A stretch of 24,000 nt of DNA from Turicibacter sp. (lineage in GTDB: Bacteria > Bacillota_I > Bacilli_A > MOL361 > Turicibacteraceae), in NCBI GenBank assembly GCA_009787345.1, contig WRGF01000207.1, positions 1 to 24,000 of the forward strand, given 5' to 3'. The position numbers and the translations under genes were made by a program. The notes beneath the pieces were generated by a model. It saw only the letters and a list, made by a program, of their open reading frames with translations, was not told the DNA's origin and searched no databases. Of this stretch, positions 22,332 to 24,000 are shown piece by piece (the first letter of the stretch is position 1; the number at the start of each line of letters is the position of its first letter).

Positions 22332-23831
22332 TTAACCTAAAATAATTTCACCAAAGTTGGCAGTTGTTTTGTAAGAATCCCCGCTGGCATCGTTCCATTT
22401 GGCGACGCTTTGGGTGAAGCCGTCAGGGTCGCAGTCTTTGACTTGAAGCTCCAGTCCGATGACTTGCCCTTTTTCCACTTGGGACAATGGGATTTCCAGT
22501 TGGACTTCATAGCCCGAACCGGTCATTTGGGTGCTAGTTTTCAAGCCATCTAAGGATTGGCCATGGAACTCAACAATGTTTTCGCTGGTTACCGTGAAGT
22601 GGAAATCATCTGCACCATAAGTTTCCGATTTGTTGCCCAGCAAATCCAGGTACACCGTCACGTAGTCGTTAGCGTGGACCTGATTGGCATGGACATCCAC
22701 TTTAAGGGTGAGTGCCCCATCATTGTATTTTGCCATGGCAGTAGCAGTCGCCCCTTCCCATGCCGTGGTCTGCAAGCTGGCTTCGAACGCCTCGCCCCAC
22801 GCATTGAACCCGGCAACCGCTTGTTTAGGCCCTGTGGGAGCCGCAGGCGGGTATTTCGCCAGGAACCCTTCCGGGTCCATCACCGCTTCAAAGGAATGTT
22901 TTGGCGATAAGTCGTGGTTCCATAAGTTAGGGAAGCGGTCGCCCCGCCAGCTGGAAGCGTCGTCAAACCCCCAAAAGGTCACCCGTTCGATGAGCCTCGA
23001 ATGGGATTTAAATAATTGGAAAAACCCAGCATATTTCTGCGCCTGGAGGATGCTTTGTTCCTCGGTCAGTTCCTCGTTTTTTTCCGAGCCCGTCACCGTA
23101 ATATCGAGCTCCGTAAAACTCAGTTTGATACCTGGGATTTTGGAGAACAACTGGATGCTATTTTCCACCGTCGAAAGTGGTGTGTTGGTGTGGTAATGCC
23201 CTTGCATCCCGATACCATGGATGGGGACGCCCGCCTCCCGAAGCTCCTTGACCATGTAATATGTGGCCTCGGCCTTGTTGCTGTAATTCAAGTTGTAATC
23301 GTTATAATAAAGGACCGCTTCTTGGTCGATTTCGTGGGCCAGTTCGAAGGCAATTTTGATGTAATCGTCCCCAATCAGCCGAAGCCACTTGGACTCCCGC
23401 AGATGCTCCCGCCAGTTGGAGGTGTCCGTGCGGATGTCATCCTTGATGGCCTCGTTGACCACATCCCAAGCCGCAATCTGCCCCTTATAACGCCCCATGA
23501 CCGTTTCCATGTGCTTTTTCATGAAAGCGATGGCCTCTTCACGTGTGCTGGCATGGTCCTCCAGCCACTTCAACGACTGCTGATGCCAAACTAATGTATG
23601 TCCCGCAACTTCCAAATGTTTGGCCTTGGCAAATTCAAACATCCCGTCCGCCAAATCGAACAGGTACTCCTCTTTTTTCGGCTGCATCAGGGCCGGCTTC
23701 ATAATGTTCTCCGGGGTGATGATGTCAAAATGCCTCGCAATGGCCTCCCCCTTCTTCGTGCCCGGGTCCTTCGGCGTGTAGATGTTCCCCATCTTGAAAT
23801 AATCTTGATATGCGTCTTTTAACAATCCCAT
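22332..23831 (-). CDS. Glycoside hydrolase family 10 endo-1,4-beta-xylanase with a C-terminal CBM9-like module; no signal peptide
   Basis: The GH10 features are ITPENIMKP, GHTLVWHQQ, the acid/base WDVVNEA and the nucleophile FTELDITV. The C-terminal ~170 aa (ALTLKVDVHAN..DYVTVYLDLLGNKSETYGADDFHF...GYEVQLEIPL...GLELQVKDCD...WND) look CBM9-like. The N-terminus MGLLKDAYQDYF goes straight into the catalytic domain. Confidence 0.85.
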   Translation of the reverse strand: MGLLKDAYQDYFKMGNIYTPKDPGTKKGEAIARHFDIITPENIMKPALMQPKKEEYLFDLADGMFEFAKAKHLEVAGHTLVWHQQSLKWLEDHASTREEAIAFMKKHMETVMGRYKGQIAAWDVVNEAIKDDIRTDTSNWREHLRESKWLRLIGDDYIKIAFELAHEIDQEAVLYYNDYNLNYSNKAEATYYMVKELREAGVPIHGIGMQGHYHTNTPLSTVENSIQLFSKIPGIKLSFTELDITVTGSEKNEELTEEQSILQAQKYAGFFQLFKSHSRLIERVTFWGFDDASSWRGDRFPNLWNHDLSPKHSFEAVMDPEGFLAKYPPAAPTGPKQAVAGFNAWGEAFEASLQTTAWEGATATAMAKYNDGALTLKVDVHANQVHANDYVTVYLDLLGNKSETYGADDFHFTVTSENIVEFHGQSLDGLKTSTQMTGSGYEVQLEIPLSQVEKGQVIGLELQVKDCDPDGFTQSVAKWNDASGDSYKTTANFGEIILG

Positions 23832-23863
23832 GCTCTCTCTCCTAACTTCTTTGTAATAGGTTA

Positions 23864-23891
23864 ATTATAGCATAGTGGGAGCGTTTTTCAA
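23864..23891 (-). promoter_or_regulatory. Sigma-A promoter of the xylanase gene
   Basis: On the minus strand: TTGAAA (23886-23891), a 16-nt spacer, then TGCTATAAT (extended -10, TATAAT at 23864-23869). It lies about 30 nt upstream of ATG 23831. Confidence 0.65.
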
Positions 23892-24000
23892 TGGTTTTCT
23901 TCACCAATAAAGGCTTCAACAAAGGAACTGCTGGAATGCCCCTTTGAATACATATTCCACTTCTCTTTAAACCTGCGGATTTGTGCTAAATCCACTTCGT
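23888..24000 (-). CDS. 3' end of a gene running off the window edge (unknown product)
   Basis: On the minus strand one frame is open from the window edge: ...EVDLAQIRRFKEKWNMYSKGHSSSSFVEAFIGEENH, then a stop at 23888-23890. The other two frames are closed. Only 36 codons are visible, and I recognise no family. Confidence 0.3.
   Translation of the reverse strand, partial: EVDLAQIRRFKEKWNMYSKGHSSSSFVEAFIGEENH

Noticed and set aside
22557-23822. Plus-strand ORFs (117, 170, 192 and 74 aa) antisense to the GH10 xylanase
   Set aside because: These are shadow ORFs within a gene that has intact GH10 catalytic motifs. They have no RBS and no recognisable domains.
1-24000. Scan for CRISPR arrays, tRNA/rRNA genes, IS elements, integrases and phage genes
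   Set aside because: I saw no regularly spaced direct repeats, no cloverleaf-like conserved tRNA motifs, and no transposase, recombinase or phage-like ORFs. The only repeat-like elements are those reported at 5953-5998 and 6993-7154.

Overview
This is a chromosomal segment with Firmicutes/Bacillota hallmarks: TGnTATAAT extended -10 promoters, strong AGGAGG-type RBSs, two S-box riboswitches and one cobalamin riboswitch, spoIIP and lipoprotein solute-binding proteins. I support about 21 protein genes in short, terminator-bounded units.

Gene order:
- A TauE/SafE-like permease and a DUF1294 protein (-).
- An APC amino-acid permease (+).
- A hypothetical membrane protein (+).
- A minus-strand methionine block: SAM-I riboswitch, orphan metQ lipoprotein, second SAM-I riboswitch, then two Cys/Met PLP enzymes.
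- A divergent cobalamin riboswitch, a btuF-like lipoprotein and a single-chain BtuC-BtuD fusion.
- A small accessory patch: a 56-aa ORF, a GNAT-like gene coupled to a 63-aa gene, and a C-terminal remnant of an OppA-type binding protein.
- A MATE efflux pump, spoIIP, a solitary RnfD/NqrB-like protein and ldh.
- A six-gene operon: NRAMP/YcsG-like transporter, pxpB, pxpC, accB, accC, pxpA.
- A GH10 xylanase with no signal peptide and a CBM9-like tail.

I recognised no rRNA, tRNA, CRISPR array, transposase or integrase.

Best candidate for an undescribed system: the pxp operon carrying its own biotin carboxyl carrier protein and biotin carboxylase. This looks like a split, urea-carboxylase-like biotin enzyme with PxpA and a dedicated transporter.

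Secondary leads:
- The coupled GNAT + 63-aa pair.
- Serial SAM riboswitches around an orphan metQ.
- Two long inverted-repeat elements in the met leaders.
- The fused BtuCD.
- The orphan RnfD-like gene.

All family assignments come from motif recognition by eye. No database search was run.
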